Part shown: piece by piece, positions 16,937-26,935 of the stretch
How positions within the stretch are numbered: the first letter of the stretch is position 1
How the letters are laid out: the number at the start of each line of letters is the position of its first letter
IMG/VR virus record: IMGVR_UViG_3300043443_000226
Length of the DNA stretch: 64,000 bases
DNA from: an uncultured virus (IMG/VR IMGVR_UViG_3300043443_000226)
Taxonomy: Duplodnaviria; Heunggongvirae; Uroviricota; Caudoviricetes
Direction: 5' to 3' (one strand)
Program-made: the position numbers and the translations under genes
The notes under the pieces: generated by a model
What the model saw: only the letters and a program-made list of their open reading frames with translations
Databases searched by the model: none
What the model was told of the DNA's origin: nothing

Positions 16937-17382
16937 ACCCTACCAACAAACCAAAAAGTTAGAATCAATGACAACATACCTTCATCGTAGTCAGTCCATC
17001 CTGATAACAACACTGATGTCCATGAACCATCCTGAAGAAAAGCTAGATATAGTCCAGCAGCTTTGACAACTGAATAAAAGAATACAAACCAGTACGTCAC
17101 TGCTGGTCTAACCAAAGCAGATAGCGATGCTACCCACTTCCAAGCCTTGCTGTCAGACTCTGCTTGTTGTTTGAATGCTTCACCGATAGCATCTAACTCA
17201 TGCTCTTGTAGACGTTGATGTCCCTGCTGTAAAGCAAACTCTGCCTGCATCTTAGCAATGGAGACTTCAACATCTAACTTCTTTAGTTCATGCTCTCTTT
17301 CAAACTTCCTATCTAAGATCTTTAAGACTTCAGGAGCAAGACGAAAGACACCACCGATCAGAGCACCAATGAGTTCAAACAT
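16918..17382 (-). CDS. 3TM-holin-like membrane protein
   Basis: SALVRPAVTY...ILTFWFVGR; upstream of the endolysin; homolog at 57041..57520. Confidence 0.7.
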   Translation of the reverse strand: MFELIGALIGGVFRLAPEVLKILDRKFEREHELKKLDVEVSIAKMQAEFALQQGHQRLQEHELDAIGEAFKQQAESDSKAWKWVASLSALVRPAVTYWFVFFYSVVKAAGLYLAFLQDGSWTSVLLSGWTDYDEGMLSLILTFWFVGRVWESKK

Positions 17383-19591
17383 TAGCAAATTCTCCCATGA
17401 TCTGACGAACAATACTAGGGGACATAGAACTTACATTAATACCTCTTTTCTGTAGTTCTTGTTTTATCTCATCTAGAGATGGTCCTGGCTCTACAGGTGA
17501 GGTTGTAGGTAATTGTTGTATAGATTGATCTTCTGGTGTCTCTGGTGATATTTGAGGACCAGCACGAAGAGCCATAGCACCTGTATACTTACCAACAGCT
17601 TCAATACCACGCTGAATAACTTCTGCTTTTGGTTTCTTTCTTTGAGCTTCTTTTAACGCATTGTTTATGTTAGGATCAAAGAATACTTCAGACAAAGCCT
17701 TTGGAGAAGCAACATAGTCAGCTAAACCTTTAATACTGTCTGTTAAGATCTTAACTAAGTTACCAGACTGTGCTGTACCACCTAATGCCCTAGTAGTGGC
17801 GTAAGCCTCACCACCGGACATCATAGAAGGACCACCTGCTCTTCCTTCAGACTGTAAAGCCTTTTGCATAAAAGACATTGCTTTGATAGCATCTGCCTTG
17901 TCTGCTGCTGTTGGGAACAAGAAGTTAAAGTCACCAGACTGAATACCTTTTAGGGCTGCTTGGATGTTAAAGGTAGGTGTGTTCGCAGCAGCACCTTTGA
18001 TGTCTGCTTTGTTAAGTACATCTTGAAACAAGATACCACGTACTTGATTAGCTACATCAGGTGCTTGTTGACCTAGTGTGCTGAATACAATAGCTTGTTG
18101 TGATTTAGGAAGTGTTGATAACTTCATAGCAACATCTTCAGGAACTAAGTCAGTAACTCTTTCTACATCAAAAGTCTTAGTAATAGGATAGTTAGCAAAC
18201 TCCTCAATCTTGTCTATGTTTTTAGCAAAATTGTCTCTTGCTGCTTTCAAACGATCTGCTCCAGGAACACCTTGATCAATAGCTAAATCTAAAGCATCTT
18301 TGTAGGCTCTTAAAACCTGTCTAGCAAAGTTCTTTACCTGTCCTTGAGCAACACCAGCGAACATATCACTACCACCAACATCAGCTAAGGAGCCAGCACC
18401 TTTAAAGGCTGCTTCGCCCCATGCTGATATGTTCTTCTGTAAACGATCAATATCAATATTTCTTGCTCTATCAGGAACAGCAGGAACTACTGTAGTTGTC
18501 GCTGGTTGTCCACTAGGACCAAGAACTGTTGACTGAACAGTCTGTGCTGGTTGTCCAGGCTCTACAAACTCTTCTCTAATTTTTCTAAGAGCTGCAATAA
18601 AAGAAGAGTTCTGTGGTGTCTCTGGTCCTAACTGAGATAACTGTTGATCTACCATCTGCAATACAGGCGTAGTATCAACTAAACCACCAGCGTTCTTTGC
18701 AGCAGCAAAGTCTCTTTTAGCTTGTGACTTAAGTTGTCCTGATAAAGCAGATCCAAAGTTATTAAATGACGACCATACTTGGTTAGTCAACGCAACAGGA
18801 TCAACATTCATATCCCCTGCTCTGTTAAACAAACCAGTTAAGTAGTTACGGACATCAGAGGCTTGCTGTATGTCAAATTGTCTTGGGAGTTCTCCGCTTT
18901 CTGGTGCAGCACGAACACGTTCTTCCCTAGCCAGTTGTTGGCGATTACCTGTAAACTGTCCTGGTGTAAGTCTACCTACATCAAGGACACCAGTATCAGC
19001 CGGTGTTCGCATACCTTCAGGTTTTAACAACTGACTTCTACCAGCTCTTAAACCACTAGCAATAGCGTATGGAGAAGCCTGTAAAGCAAACTGTGCAGCA
19101 GGAGAATCAGGTGCTATTGTACTTGCAGCTACGCCTGTAGCACCGGCTACAGGAGCCTCTATAGCAGCAGCGCCCATACCAGCCCTGCCTGTAATACCAG
19201 GAAGACCAGCAGCAGTCAATGCAGCAGCGGGGGCAGCAGCAGCACCAAACTCATAAGCACCACGAAAACCTGGGATAGTGTTTAAGTCTACGCCGGATAG
19301 TTCTTTTACACCTTTAACCATACCTTGTGTTGAAAAGGCAGACGGGTCTTGCTTTTTCTTAAGGTAATCGTATAGGTTACCCCAACCACCAACAATGTCT
19401 AAAACACCTTTAGCACCACCTTTAACTAGAGATTCACCAAAGTCTCTTACGTTCTGTGTGAATGTCTTTTCTTGAGCTGGTTCAAACACAGATCTTTGGT
19501 TTTTTGCATCACCACCATAAGCGTTAGGATCAATTCCACGCCTACGCATTTCAGCTTCAATGGCTTGCATTTCCTCAAGGTTCATAGCCAT
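17375..19591 (-). CDS. Internal virion / ejection protein (738 aa)
   Basis: Ala/Gly/Gln-rich helical protein; third of three large genes after the tail genes. Confidence 0.6.
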   Translation of the reverse strand: MAMNLEEMQAIEAEMRRRGIDPNAYGGDAKNQRSVFEPAQEKTFTQNVRDFGESLVKGGAKGVLDIVGGWGNLYDYLKKKQDPSAFSTQGMVKGVKELSGVDLNTIPGFRGAYEFGAAAAPAAALTAAGLPGITGRAGMGAAAIEAPVAGATGVAASTIAPDSPAAQFALQASPYAIASGLRAGRSQLLKPEGMRTPADTGVLDVGRLTPGQFTGNRQQLAREERVRAAPESGELPRQFDIQQASDVRNYLTGLFNRAGDMNVDPVALTNQVWSSFNNFGSALSGQLKSQAKRDFAAAKNAGGLVDTTPVLQMVDQQLSQLGPETPQNSSFIAALRKIREEFVEPGQPAQTVQSTVLGPSGQPATTTVVPAVPDRARNIDIDRLQKNISAWGEAAFKGAGSLADVGGSDMFAGVAQGQVKNFARQVLRAYKDALDLAIDQGVPGADRLKAARDNFAKNIDKIEEFANYPITKTFDVERVTDLVPEDVAMKLSTLPKSQQAIVFSTLGQQAPDVANQVRGILFQDVLNKADIKGAAANTPTFNIQAALKGIQSGDFNFLFPTAADKADAIKAMSFMQKALQSEGRAGGPSMMSGGEAYATTRALGGTAQSGNLVKILTDSIKGLADYVASPKALSEVFFDPNINNALKEAQRKKPKAEVIQRGIEAVGKYTGAMALRAGPQISPETPEDQSIQQLPTTSPVEPGPSLDEIKQELQKRGINVSSMSPSIVRQIMGEFANV

Positions 19592-19593
19592 TA

Positions 19594-20883
19594 TTAACGC
19601 CTTCCGCTTTTGTAAGCATCAATGAGTTCTTGATCAGTCATATCAGACGCTTTCTTTGCTGTCTGTGGTGATATAGTCAAAGGTATTGTCGGTACATAGC
19701 CAGATAGTCCTTTATTTTGTCTTGCGTAACTTTCTAAAGAACTAGATTCTTTAATAACATCATTAGCACGTTTCTGTAGGTAAGAAATAAGCTCTGCTCT
19801 TGCCTGTGGACTATTCTCAAGTTGTGGAACAATACGAACGATAAACTCTCTATCAGCGTTAGATGGATTAGATCCAAGAGCTTTAATCTTTGCTAACACA
19901 AGATCACCAGCACTCTTTGAATAAGATTCAGAGTTAGCTAGTTTTTGAACATCATTAGCACCAAGTAAACCAATCGTATTAAAGAAGTTTGCTACACCAA
20001 CCCTACCAGAAGCAAACGTACCACTAGTGATGTTTTGCTGATTACGCCTAGCCATTTCATTTAAGCTATTCAGTTCACCAATAGCAGTTGTACGTAATTC
20101 CCTAGCTTTCACAACTGCGTTAGCGTCTTCTTTTCCTATTTGTTTTTGAAACTCAACTTCCTGTGGAGGTAAATTTGCACTAGCATTAACATTAACTCGT
20201 GAAGCTTTATCAATAGGAACCACTTCTTTTGTTTGTAAATTAAGCTGAACAAGTATTTGTTTACCATCAGCACCTGTTATTGGGTAAGGTTCAGAGAACT
20301 GGTCTTTTTTCTCCGGTCTAACCACAAGATCTCTAAAGTTACCTGTCTCACTAAATTGCTGTATACTTTCCGGAGTAAATTTATCAGGATCTACTTTTCC
20401 AATAGTCGTTGTTTTTTGTTCTCTCCTAGCTTTTTCAGCCAAGGCTTCCGCTTGTGTTTGTTGTGCACCTGTTTTACCAATCTGAGCCTCTAACAATCCA
20501 CGCTTAAGCTCACCCATCGTCTTAGACTCTTCAGCAGCCTTAACCTGTGCAGCAGCAGCGATAGCTTCCTGTGTTAGACCAAGCCTAGTAGCTTCTCTAG
20601 CCATGATCTTGTAAGCTTCAGCAGGATCTTGTCCATCCCATTGTGCTGAGATAGCATTCTTTAGTTCCTGTCTAGCTGATGCTTCCTTCAGCTTAGGGTC
20701 TTCCACACCGAACAACCCTGCAATAGATCTACCAGCCTGTGTACCTGCCATACCCATACCAGCTCTTATGCTTTGGTATGGTGTTAATCTAGCTTGAGCT
20801 ATTGCGTTTTCTCTGTCCTGCTGCATCTGTTGTTGTTGTACATCGTAGATGCTTGGACCAAATAGACTTTGTTGCTGTGCCAT
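19594..20883 (-). CDS. Internal virion / ejection protein (429 aa)
   Basis: Position and composition. Confidence 0.6.
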   Translation of the reverse strand: MAQQQSLFGPSIYDVQQQQMQQDRENAIAQARLTPYQSIRAGMGMAGTQAGRSIAGLFGVEDPKLKEASARQELKNAISAQWDGQDPAEAYKIMAREATRLGLTQEAIAAAAQVKAAEESKTMGELKRGLLEAQIGKTGAQQTQAEALAEKARREQKTTTIGKVDPDKFTPESIQQFSETGNFRDLVVRPEKKDQFSEPYPITGADGKQILVQLNLQTKEVVPIDKASRVNVNASANLPPQEVEFQKQIGKEDANAVVKARELRTTAIGELNSLNEMARRNQQNITSGTFASGRVGVANFFNTIGLLGANDVQKLANSESYSKSAGDLVLAKIKALGSNPSNADREFIVRIVPQLENSPQARAELISYLQKRANDVIKESSSLESYARQNKGLSGYVPTIPLTISPQTAKKASDMTDQELIDAYKSGRR

Positions 20884-20892
20884 TATTGTTCC

Positions 20893-23439
20893 TTAGAGTA
20901 CAAAACCACCATAACCAACACCAGCGCCGGACTGTCCTAATGCGTTTAGTGTTGCTTGATCGTATCCTGATGTTATGGATGGGTTTAACAAACCACCTAA
21001 TAAGTTACCAGCAAGACCGCCTAAAGCACCTTGGTTACCTAGTATCTGATTAGCTACATTCTGTCTAGATCCTAGCAAACCTGCTAAAGCCTCTTGTTGA
21101 GCTTGTAAGTTACCTGCTAGACCAAGACTACGTAGGTTACCTTGTGTATTCAAACCAGCTAACTGTGCTTGTAACTGTTGTTGTACACCAGCCTGTTGAG
21201 CATTAGCAGCTAACTGTTGACCTGCTAAGCCTGCCTGAGCCTGTGTCATGTAACCCTGTGCTGCTGGTTGAGCGAACAATCCTGCTGCACTGATCCTGCC
21301 TTGCTGTGCTAGCTGACCTAACTGACCAGATAACTGAGCCTGTGCCATCTGTTGCTGTGTTAACTGTTGTATAGGTGCTAGTGCAGCAGTGCCTTGGCTG
21401 AGAAGCGTACCACGTTCTCCTAAAGCAGCCTGCCTAGACTGTAGTTCTCTTTCTAGTTGCTGTCTAGCAATAGCTTGTTCCTGTGCTAACAGTTCTGGTG
21501 AAGAACCACCAAAAGCTGAACCACTTACACCCAATCTTCCTTGAGCACGTAACCTAGCCTCTGTAGCAAGGCGTTGACGCTCTATTTCAGGTGCAGACAA
21601 TGCAGCTAACTTGTTGTAGTAATCCTGGCTAAGCTGGTCTACGTTAGTCATGTTAGCAGCCTGTGCAGACTTCATAGCTGCTTGAGCAAATGGATTATAC
21701 ATTGCTCTTGCATCTTCTGTCAAGGCTGTGCTAACTTGTCCTGTCTTAGGATTATAGGTAGTACCAAACAAAGAACCAGTAACACCATAGGGTGTGAACT
21801 CACCAACCATATTAGCAGCAGTTTGACCTACATTCATCAAACCTTGCTGCGCTGTACTGCCTAATGTCTGTGTATAAGGAAGAATACCTTTAGCAATCTG
21901 TGTTTGACCTAACCTAGCTGCTTCACCTGCTAAAGTATACTGACTACCTAAAGTATTAGCTAGCTTTGTGTATTCTGTTTGAGTTAGTTGTCCTTGCTGA
22001 CGTAACTTATCAGCAGCATCCTGAACCATTGCTAAGTTAGCACCAGAACTAATCAAACCACCAAGAACATTCTGTGCGTTAGCGTTCGTTAATCCTTGTA
22101 GGACGGTGTTAGTTATAGTAGGTATTAAAGATGTTGGATTAAAAGGTAGTGGAGTAGGTGTAGGTGTTGGTATTGGCGTAGGCGTTGGAGTAGGTGTTGG
22201 AGTTGGTGTTGGTGTTGGCGTAGGTGTTGGAGTAGGCGTTGGTGTTGGTGTTGGCTCAGGTGTTATCGTTGTTGTTGGTGTTACTGTAGAAGGAGTAAGT
22301 AATGAAGTTGGAATACCTGCTGTGATTGAACCACCACCTCCAACAACTTCCCCCGTAGCAGTTACAACACCAGTAGCAGCACCTGCAGTTGCTGCACTAA
22401 CACCAGCAGCAACGGCATCAGCAACCGATAAACCAGCAGCTACATTACCAGAAGCAACATCAGCGGCAATAGCAGCTAAAGAAGTATTACCAGTAGCAGC
22501 TAGTGCATCAACAAATGCTGATGTAGCGGCTTGTGATGCTGCACCTTCGACACCAGCAACAGCTAAAGCAGAGTCACCTAGTACAGTAGCGCCAGTACTT
22601 GCACTAGCTCCAGCGCCGCCACCGCTAAACAAAGAACTTACTTCAGGTATACTACTTAAGCCAATAGCACCACCAACAATACCTAATGCTTGTAACCACC
22701 CAGCACCTTCAGAAGTGTTAGGACTAGCAAGCCTTGTTGTGGTTGGTTGTCCATAGGCATCGTACGCTTGCACAACAAGTTTATCGCCTTGCCGACCTAT
22801 TACTTGTTCAACCGTGACATCTTCACCTTTATCTAGCTGACGTATATTACCTTCAGTGCCAAAGGTTCTTCTAACATCACCAGTTAATATAGTACCTCTA
22901 GGTAAACCAGAATCTAAGAAGTATTGATGGATTTCTTCTTGCGGTAAACCACTAATAGAAGACAAATCATCAGCAGTTAAACCATAAGCCCTAGCAGTCT
23001 GAGCTACACTCTGTCCGTTAGTGTTTAGGTTATTGACTAAACTGTTAACAACAGAATCTAACGTATTTTCAGGAACCATGTAGCTATTCGTGCTAGCTTG
23101 TGTTGTTACTACTGACGATGGTGTTGCTGTAGCTGTACTTGTTGGTTGTACTGAAGCAGTAGAAGTTTTTTGTGGGGACGAACTTATAATGTTGTTTGCA
23201 GATTCACCAGAAAACAATCGTTGATTAACAATAAATCTAGGTAAACCAGTGACAGAAGCAACATAATTAATATCAGCTTCTGTTGGTGTTGTTGGTTGTG
23301 CTGTAGTAACAGGCACTATTGGCGAAGAATCTACAATACCAACGCTAGCAGCAAGCCTTGATCTCATGCTATCAGATAACCCTGATAAATAACCAGGGTC
23401 AAAACCTTTATCTAAAAGGGCTTGAAATGTAGTTGCCAT
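20893..23439 (-). CDS. Internal virion / ejection protein with (PT)n linker (848 aa)
   Basis: Q/A/G-rich C-terminus, hydrophobic Ala/Gly middle, PT repeat. Confidence 0.6.
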   Translation of the reverse strand: MATTFQALLDKGFDPGYLSGLSDSMRSRLAASVGIVDSSPIVPVTTAQPTTPTEADINYVASVTGLPRFIVNQRLFSGESANNIISSSPQKTSTASVQPTSTATATPSSVVTTQASTNSYMVPENTLDSVVNSLVNNLNTNGQSVAQTARAYGLTADDLSSISGLPQEEIHQYFLDSGLPRGTILTGDVRRTFGTEGNIRQLDKGEDVTVEQVIGRQGDKLVVQAYDAYGQPTTTRLASPNTSEGAGWLQALGIVGGAIGLSSIPEVSSLFSGGGAGASASTGATVLGDSALAVAGVEGAASQAATSAFVDALAATGNTSLAAIAADVASGNVAAGLSVADAVAAGVSAATAGAATGVVTATGEVVGGGGSITAGIPTSLLTPSTVTPTTTITPEPTPTPTPTPTPTPTPTPTPTPTPTPTPIPTPTPTPLPFNPTSLIPTITNTVLQGLTNANAQNVLGGLISSGANLAMVQDAADKLRQQGQLTQTEYTKLANTLGSQYTLAGEAARLGQTQIAKGILPYTQTLGSTAQQGLMNVGQTAANMVGEFTPYGVTGSLFGTTYNPKTGQVSTALTEDARAMYNPFAQAAMKSAQAANMTNVDQLSQDYYNKLAALSAPEIERQRLATEARLRAQGRLGVSGSAFGGSSPELLAQEQAIARQQLERELQSRQAALGERGTLLSQGTAALAPIQQLTQQQMAQAQLSGQLGQLAQQGRISAAGLFAQPAAQGYMTQAQAGLAGQQLAANAQQAGVQQQLQAQLAGLNTQGNLRSLGLAGNLQAQQEALAGLLGSRQNVANQILGNQGALGGLAGNLLGGLLNPSITSGYDQATLNALGQSGAGVGYGGFVL
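22150..22260 (-). repeat. Coding 6-bp repeat encoding (PT)n
   Basis: GGTGTT/GGCGTA/GGAGTA units on +. Confidence 0.9.
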
Positions 23440-23525
23440 GATTAGTAAGTCCCGTCAGTGTACACAACATTACTCGGTACGATAGTAATGATGTATTCAG
23501 TTTCTGTAAACATTATTCGTTGTCC

Positions 23526-25052
23526 TTAGGCGGTTCTACCAGTTTTGAAAAAGGCATCTATTTGTTGAATAGACAATACATCAGAACTAATGTTGGCTTC
23601 AATACCAATCTGAAACACTCTACCAGAACCGCTTACTTGTTGTCTTAGTTGATTGATGATTGTTCCTGAATTGTACTCAGCTATGTTATACTCAGATACG
23701 TTGTATTCTGCTCTTGGTTGTCTTGCTTGTAAAGCTATTTGGGCTGTTGAATAATTACCTGAGTAGTCTACACCCCAATTTAAAAAGATCTCAGTGTTAG
23801 GTCCACCAATAACAAGCATAGAAAACTTCTTTAAGATCTTTATGATAGAGGCATTACCAGCATCAATGTGTGATGTGTAATAAGCAAACCTGAATGAACT
23901 GCCATTGTCAGAGTACATAGCACCATATTCACCGATATAGCCTACACGGCTGATGTATAGTTTCCTGTCTCTGGTGGACAATAACGACTTAGGAGCTATA
24001 GTCCAAGTAGTTGCTTTACAGCTATTATCTTGTAGTCGTTGTTTTAGATCAAAACAATAGGTGTAGATCCTTGTAGGTAAACTAAGTAGATAGAATCCGT
24101 TACGTTCATCGAACACAGATTTAATATCATCAGTAGTTGTGTTAGCGGCTACATCAGCAATCAAGTCATCACGGACATTCCTTGATACATCGAACAATGG
24201 TCCTGATTTCTCTTGAATAGTTCTACCTAGACTACGTACACCTGTATCAGACAAGAAGAAGATATCACTACCTACATCTTGTACAGAATCTCTAGCAATA
24301 CACCCTACACCATCAATAACCTCTACTAACTGAAGGCTTGTTGTAGGATCACTTTCAGCACCAGAATAGATGATAGTGCTCTTCTTACAGAATATGATTA
24401 ACAAGCCATTAAAGGCTGCTAAAGCTGTGATACTATCAGAGCCATTAGTTAAGACAGTTTCAATGCTGATAGATCCATGAGTACCACCATTCCATTTGTA
24501 ACCAATCAATGAATCTGACCAAGTAACTGTCTTCTTATCTGTGGTGGTGTCCGCAACCCATAGACGACCGTAAGCTGCTAACACTTCATTGGCTAATGGT
24601 ACAGTACCTGAATAAGAAGCATGTGCTGACATCTTCTGCCATACGTTACCGACATGATCATACAACAGTGGATCATGACCACGTTGAAAGAAGTAAGTAT
24701 GACTATTAAAGTTTACTGCTTTCCAGTTCTGTGCTGTCCAGGTAGCATCAGAGTAAACCTGAGTAAGTGTTGTCGTACCAGTGAAGATCTTCTTATCACC
24801 GATAGAACCAATAACTGTAGTACCATCAGCCTTAACGATCTCAAAGATCAATGATGGTTCTTCACCGTTAAAACCTGATGTAGTGTTAACATTATCCCAA
24901 CCTTTTCTAGCTGCAATACGACCGTATTGGTCAATAACAGCATTCTCCGCACGAAGTGCAAACTCTTTAGGTAAAGCTACAGAAGAGTCTTGAGTATTGA
25001 GACCAGCAAATCCTGGTGCAACAATACTTACTGACCTTAGCTCAGCAGCCAT
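23526..25052 (-). CDS. Tail nozzle / stabilisation protein (tail tubular B-like)
   Basis: APGFAGLNTQDS, GRLWVA, GVGCIARDSVQ, FFLSDTGVRSL; follows the adaptor gene. Confidence 0.75.
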   Translation of the reverse strand: MAAELRSVSIVAPGFAGLNTQDSSVALPKEFALRAENAVIDQYGRIAARKGWDNVNTTSGFNGEEPSLIFEIVKADGTTVIGSIGDKKIFTGTTTLTQVYSDATWTAQNWKAVNFNSHTYFFQRGHDPLLYDHVGNVWQKMSAHASYSGTVPLANEVLAAYGRLWVADTTTDKKTVTWSDSLIGYKWNGGTHGSISIETVLTNGSDSITALAAFNGLLIIFCKKSTIIYSGAESDPTTSLQLVEVIDGVGCIARDSVQDVGSDIFFLSDTGVRSLGRTIQEKSGPLFDVSRNVRDDLIADVAANTTTDDIKSVFDERNGFYLLSLPTRIYTYCFDLKQRLQDNSCKATTWTIAPKSLLSTRDRKLYISRVGYIGEYGAMYSDNGSSFRFAYYTSHIDAGNASIIKILKKFSMLVIGGPNTEIFLNWGVDYSGNYSTAQIALQARQPRAEYNVSEYNIAEYNSGTIINQLRQQVSGSGRVFQIGIEANISSDVLSIQQIDAFFKTGRTA

Positions 25053-25705
25053 TATGACCACTCCCAGGTTGTTTCATCACCGTAACGCTCTGCTTCAATA
25101 GAGATGTAAGAAGCCACTGCTTTACGATATAAATCCGCTTGTTGTTCGCTTAAACGTCCACCATCTTCACCACGTTCGTTGATAGCACGAAGATAAGCAC
25201 CTTGGATAACTAACTCTGAAGGAACATAAACAACATCTGTACCAGCGGACAAATCAGCCTGTGGTATAACACAGTCTACCTTTACAGTCAGCACTGACGA
25301 TGGGATAGGCCATAAATCAAGAGTAATAACACCAGTAGATGATGTGCTGTTACCAATAGAAAAATAAAAAGAATCTCCATTCACTGAGCCTTGAAGGTTA
25401 TTCCACTCATGCATTTGATTCTGTGTAGCTTGTTGAAGATCTCTCTTCAGCGATGGTACATAAACCACTAACAACCTTGATCTAGGATTAGTGTTAGGTA
25501 TTTCGTAGTTCTGTGTGCCGCTAACAGTGGTGATTGTTTTTGTTGTTCGAAGCACAGACCAATTCCAAGCATCTTCAACTTCTCTCTTAGCTTCATTAAC
25601 AAAATCACCAATTAACTTAACATAGGCTGTATCAGTTGGCGTGATAGCCTCTGTCTCTCGTATACGGCGTAGAACACCATTGATGCAGTCTAAAAATGTA
25701 GCCAT
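25052..25705 (-). CDS. Head-tail adaptor (tail tubular A-like)
   Basis: INGVLRRIRE...VNEAKREVEDAWNW...LWPIP...ERGEDGG. Confidence 0.75.
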   Translation of the reverse strand: MATFLDCINGVLRRIRETEAITPTDTAYVKLIGDFVNEAKREVEDAWNWSVLRTTKTITTVSGTQNYEIPNTNPRSRLLVVYVPSLKRDLQQATQNQMHEWNNLQGSVNGDSFYFSIGNSTSSTGVITLDLWPIPSSVLTVKVDCVIPQADLSAGTDVVYVPSELVIQGAYLRAINERGEDGGRLSEQQADLYRKAVASYISIEAERYGDETTWEWS

Positions 25706-25965
25706 TACCATTTCACCTTATCAGCCCAGTACGCAGCAGACATTTTACCTTTAGAAATGTTCTTAGCGTGGCGAGCCTTGAATGATTTATTTCTAGCAGA
25801 ACCTTCTGGAGAACCTGAAACACCTTGTTGACCAAACCGAATCGTCTTAACTTGATCACCGTCCTTTGCTACAACAATGTGAGATTTAGTAGGATGTGTT
25901 GGGGTTTTTTTAGGGCGATTATATCCAGACACTCCTGCTCTTTCCAGCCTAGAATCCTTTTTCAT
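25705..25965 (-). CDS. Basic small late protein (86 aa)
   Basis: K/R-rich; IRFGQQG...SFKARH...AAYWADKVKW. Confidence 0.8.
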   Translation of the reverse strand: MKKDSRLERAGVSGYNRPKKTPTHPTKSHIVVAKDGDQVKTIRFGQQGVSGSPEGSARNKSFKARHAKNISKGKMSAAYWADKVKW

Positions 25966-26108
25966 TTCTTCTTAGCAGTTTTTGCTGCCTCCTTAAATGC
26001 TTTTGCTGTAGGAGCACCTTTAGTGCCAGGTTTTCTCATCTTCTCTCCAGAGCCTTCAGCGATTCGCTTACGCTTGGCTTGGATGTTAGCGTATAGTCCT
26101 TCTTTCAC
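25962..26108 (-). CDS. 48-aa basic micro-protein
   Basis: MKEGLYANIQAKRKRIAEGSGEKMRKPGTKGAPTAKAFKEAAKTAKKK; homolog at 56173..56328. Confidence 0.8.
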   Translation of the reverse strand: MKEGLYANIQAKRKRIAEGSGEKMRKPGTKGAPTAKAFKEAAKTAKKK

Positions 26109-26257
26109 GATGGATAACCCATCTTCTTCTCTTTAGCCTTCATAGCCTTAGATTCTTTCTTCTCATGCATCTTCTTTGCTTTCTTTGATGCATACTCTTC
26201 AGCAGCTTTTTTACCTTTAGCTGTGTAAGGAAACTTCTTATTCGCTACCATCGGCAT
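26105..26257 (-). CDS. 50-aa Lys-rich micro-protein
   Basis: MPMVANKKFPYTAKGKKAAEEY...; AAGGGG RBS. Confidence 0.7.
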   Translation of the reverse strand: MPMVANKKFPYTAKGKKAAEEYASKKAKKMHEKKESKAMKAKEKKMGYPS

Positions 26258-26444
26258 TTTTATTCCCCTTCTTACGTCTAAATATACATTGAACTGTATC
26301 CGTTTCCCAGATACGAATAGCTGTCCATATAATAGTAAGTATGGCAGCTACAGCGGGTAATAATTCAGCCAATGTACCTACCACTGTAATAATAGATATG
26401 GCATCACCTAATGTTTTTACTTGTTCATCAGCTTGCAATGCCAT
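26238..26444 (-). CDS. Small membrane protein (holin-like)
   Basis: Hydrophobic segment, WTAIRIWETDTVQ, basic tail. Confidence 0.65.
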   Translation of the reverse strand: MALQADEQVKTLGDAISIITVVGTLAELLPAVAAILTIIWTAIRIWETDTVQCIFRRKKGNKNADGSE

Positions 26445-26445
26445 A

Positions 26446-26619
26446 CTATTTACCTTTCTCTATTTCATTAACATGTTTCCAAAGTTCAGTGATTTGTTTA
26501 TCATAGCCCTTCTCTAGATAATCGACACGAACTTTAATAGTTACTGCATACGCTGCAATAGCGACTACTGCAGCACCCAAGTACCACAATTTCGAGACAG
26601 CCTCGGTGATCGCTTCCAC
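26446..26619 (-). CDS. 57-aa single-TM / coiled-coil protein
   Basis: MEAITEAVSKLWYLGAAVVAIAAYAVTIKVRVDYLEK... Confidence 0.6.
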   Translation of the reverse strand: MEAITEAVSKLWYLGAAVVAIAAYAVTIKVRVDYLEKGYDKQITELWKHVNEIEKGK

Positions 26620-26620
26620 G

Positions 26621-26785
26621 TCAATGCAGCTTTAGCACCAGGTTAAGCAGTAGCAGGATAATTGCACCGCCAGCACCAAGCAGAATCTGCTCCAAGCGTT
26701 TCAATCGAGCGTTAATCTGAGCATATTGCAAGGCACATAAAGCCTCGTGCTTTTCTATTGCTGCAAGTGCTTCATCCCTCGACAT
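26621..26785 (-). CDS. 54-aa coiled-coil protein with C-terminal TM
   Basis: MSRDEALAAIEKHEALCALQYAQINARLKRLEQILLGAGGAIILLLL; GAGG RBS. Confidence 0.7.
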   Translation of the reverse strand: MSRDEALAAIEKHEALCALQYAQINARLKRLEQILLGAGGAIILLLLNLVLKLH

Positions 26786-26933
26786 CACCAGCCTCTCTTG
26801 TAAGTTGCGTCTCAGCCTCAGATTTTAATCGCATCCAAAGAGGAAAGGCATTAGAACTTGTTGGCATCTGACCAACTAGGTTCAGGATGACTGCTGCCTC
26901 TTGCTCAGTAAGGGTCCAGGTGATTGTTTTCAT
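26772..26933 (-). CDS. Small fibre-associated protein (53 aa)
   Basis: MKTITWTLTEQEAAVILNLVGQMP...; internal ATG of the 80-aa ORF. Confidence 0.65.
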   Translation of the reverse strand: MKTITWTLTEQEAAVILNLVGQMPTSSNAFPLWMRLKSEAETQLTREAGDVEG

Positions 26934-26935
26934 CT

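Noticed and set aside
22106..22756. 216-aa + strand (GV)n ORF
   Set aside because: Antisense shadow of the PT/Ala-rich region of the 848-aa gene
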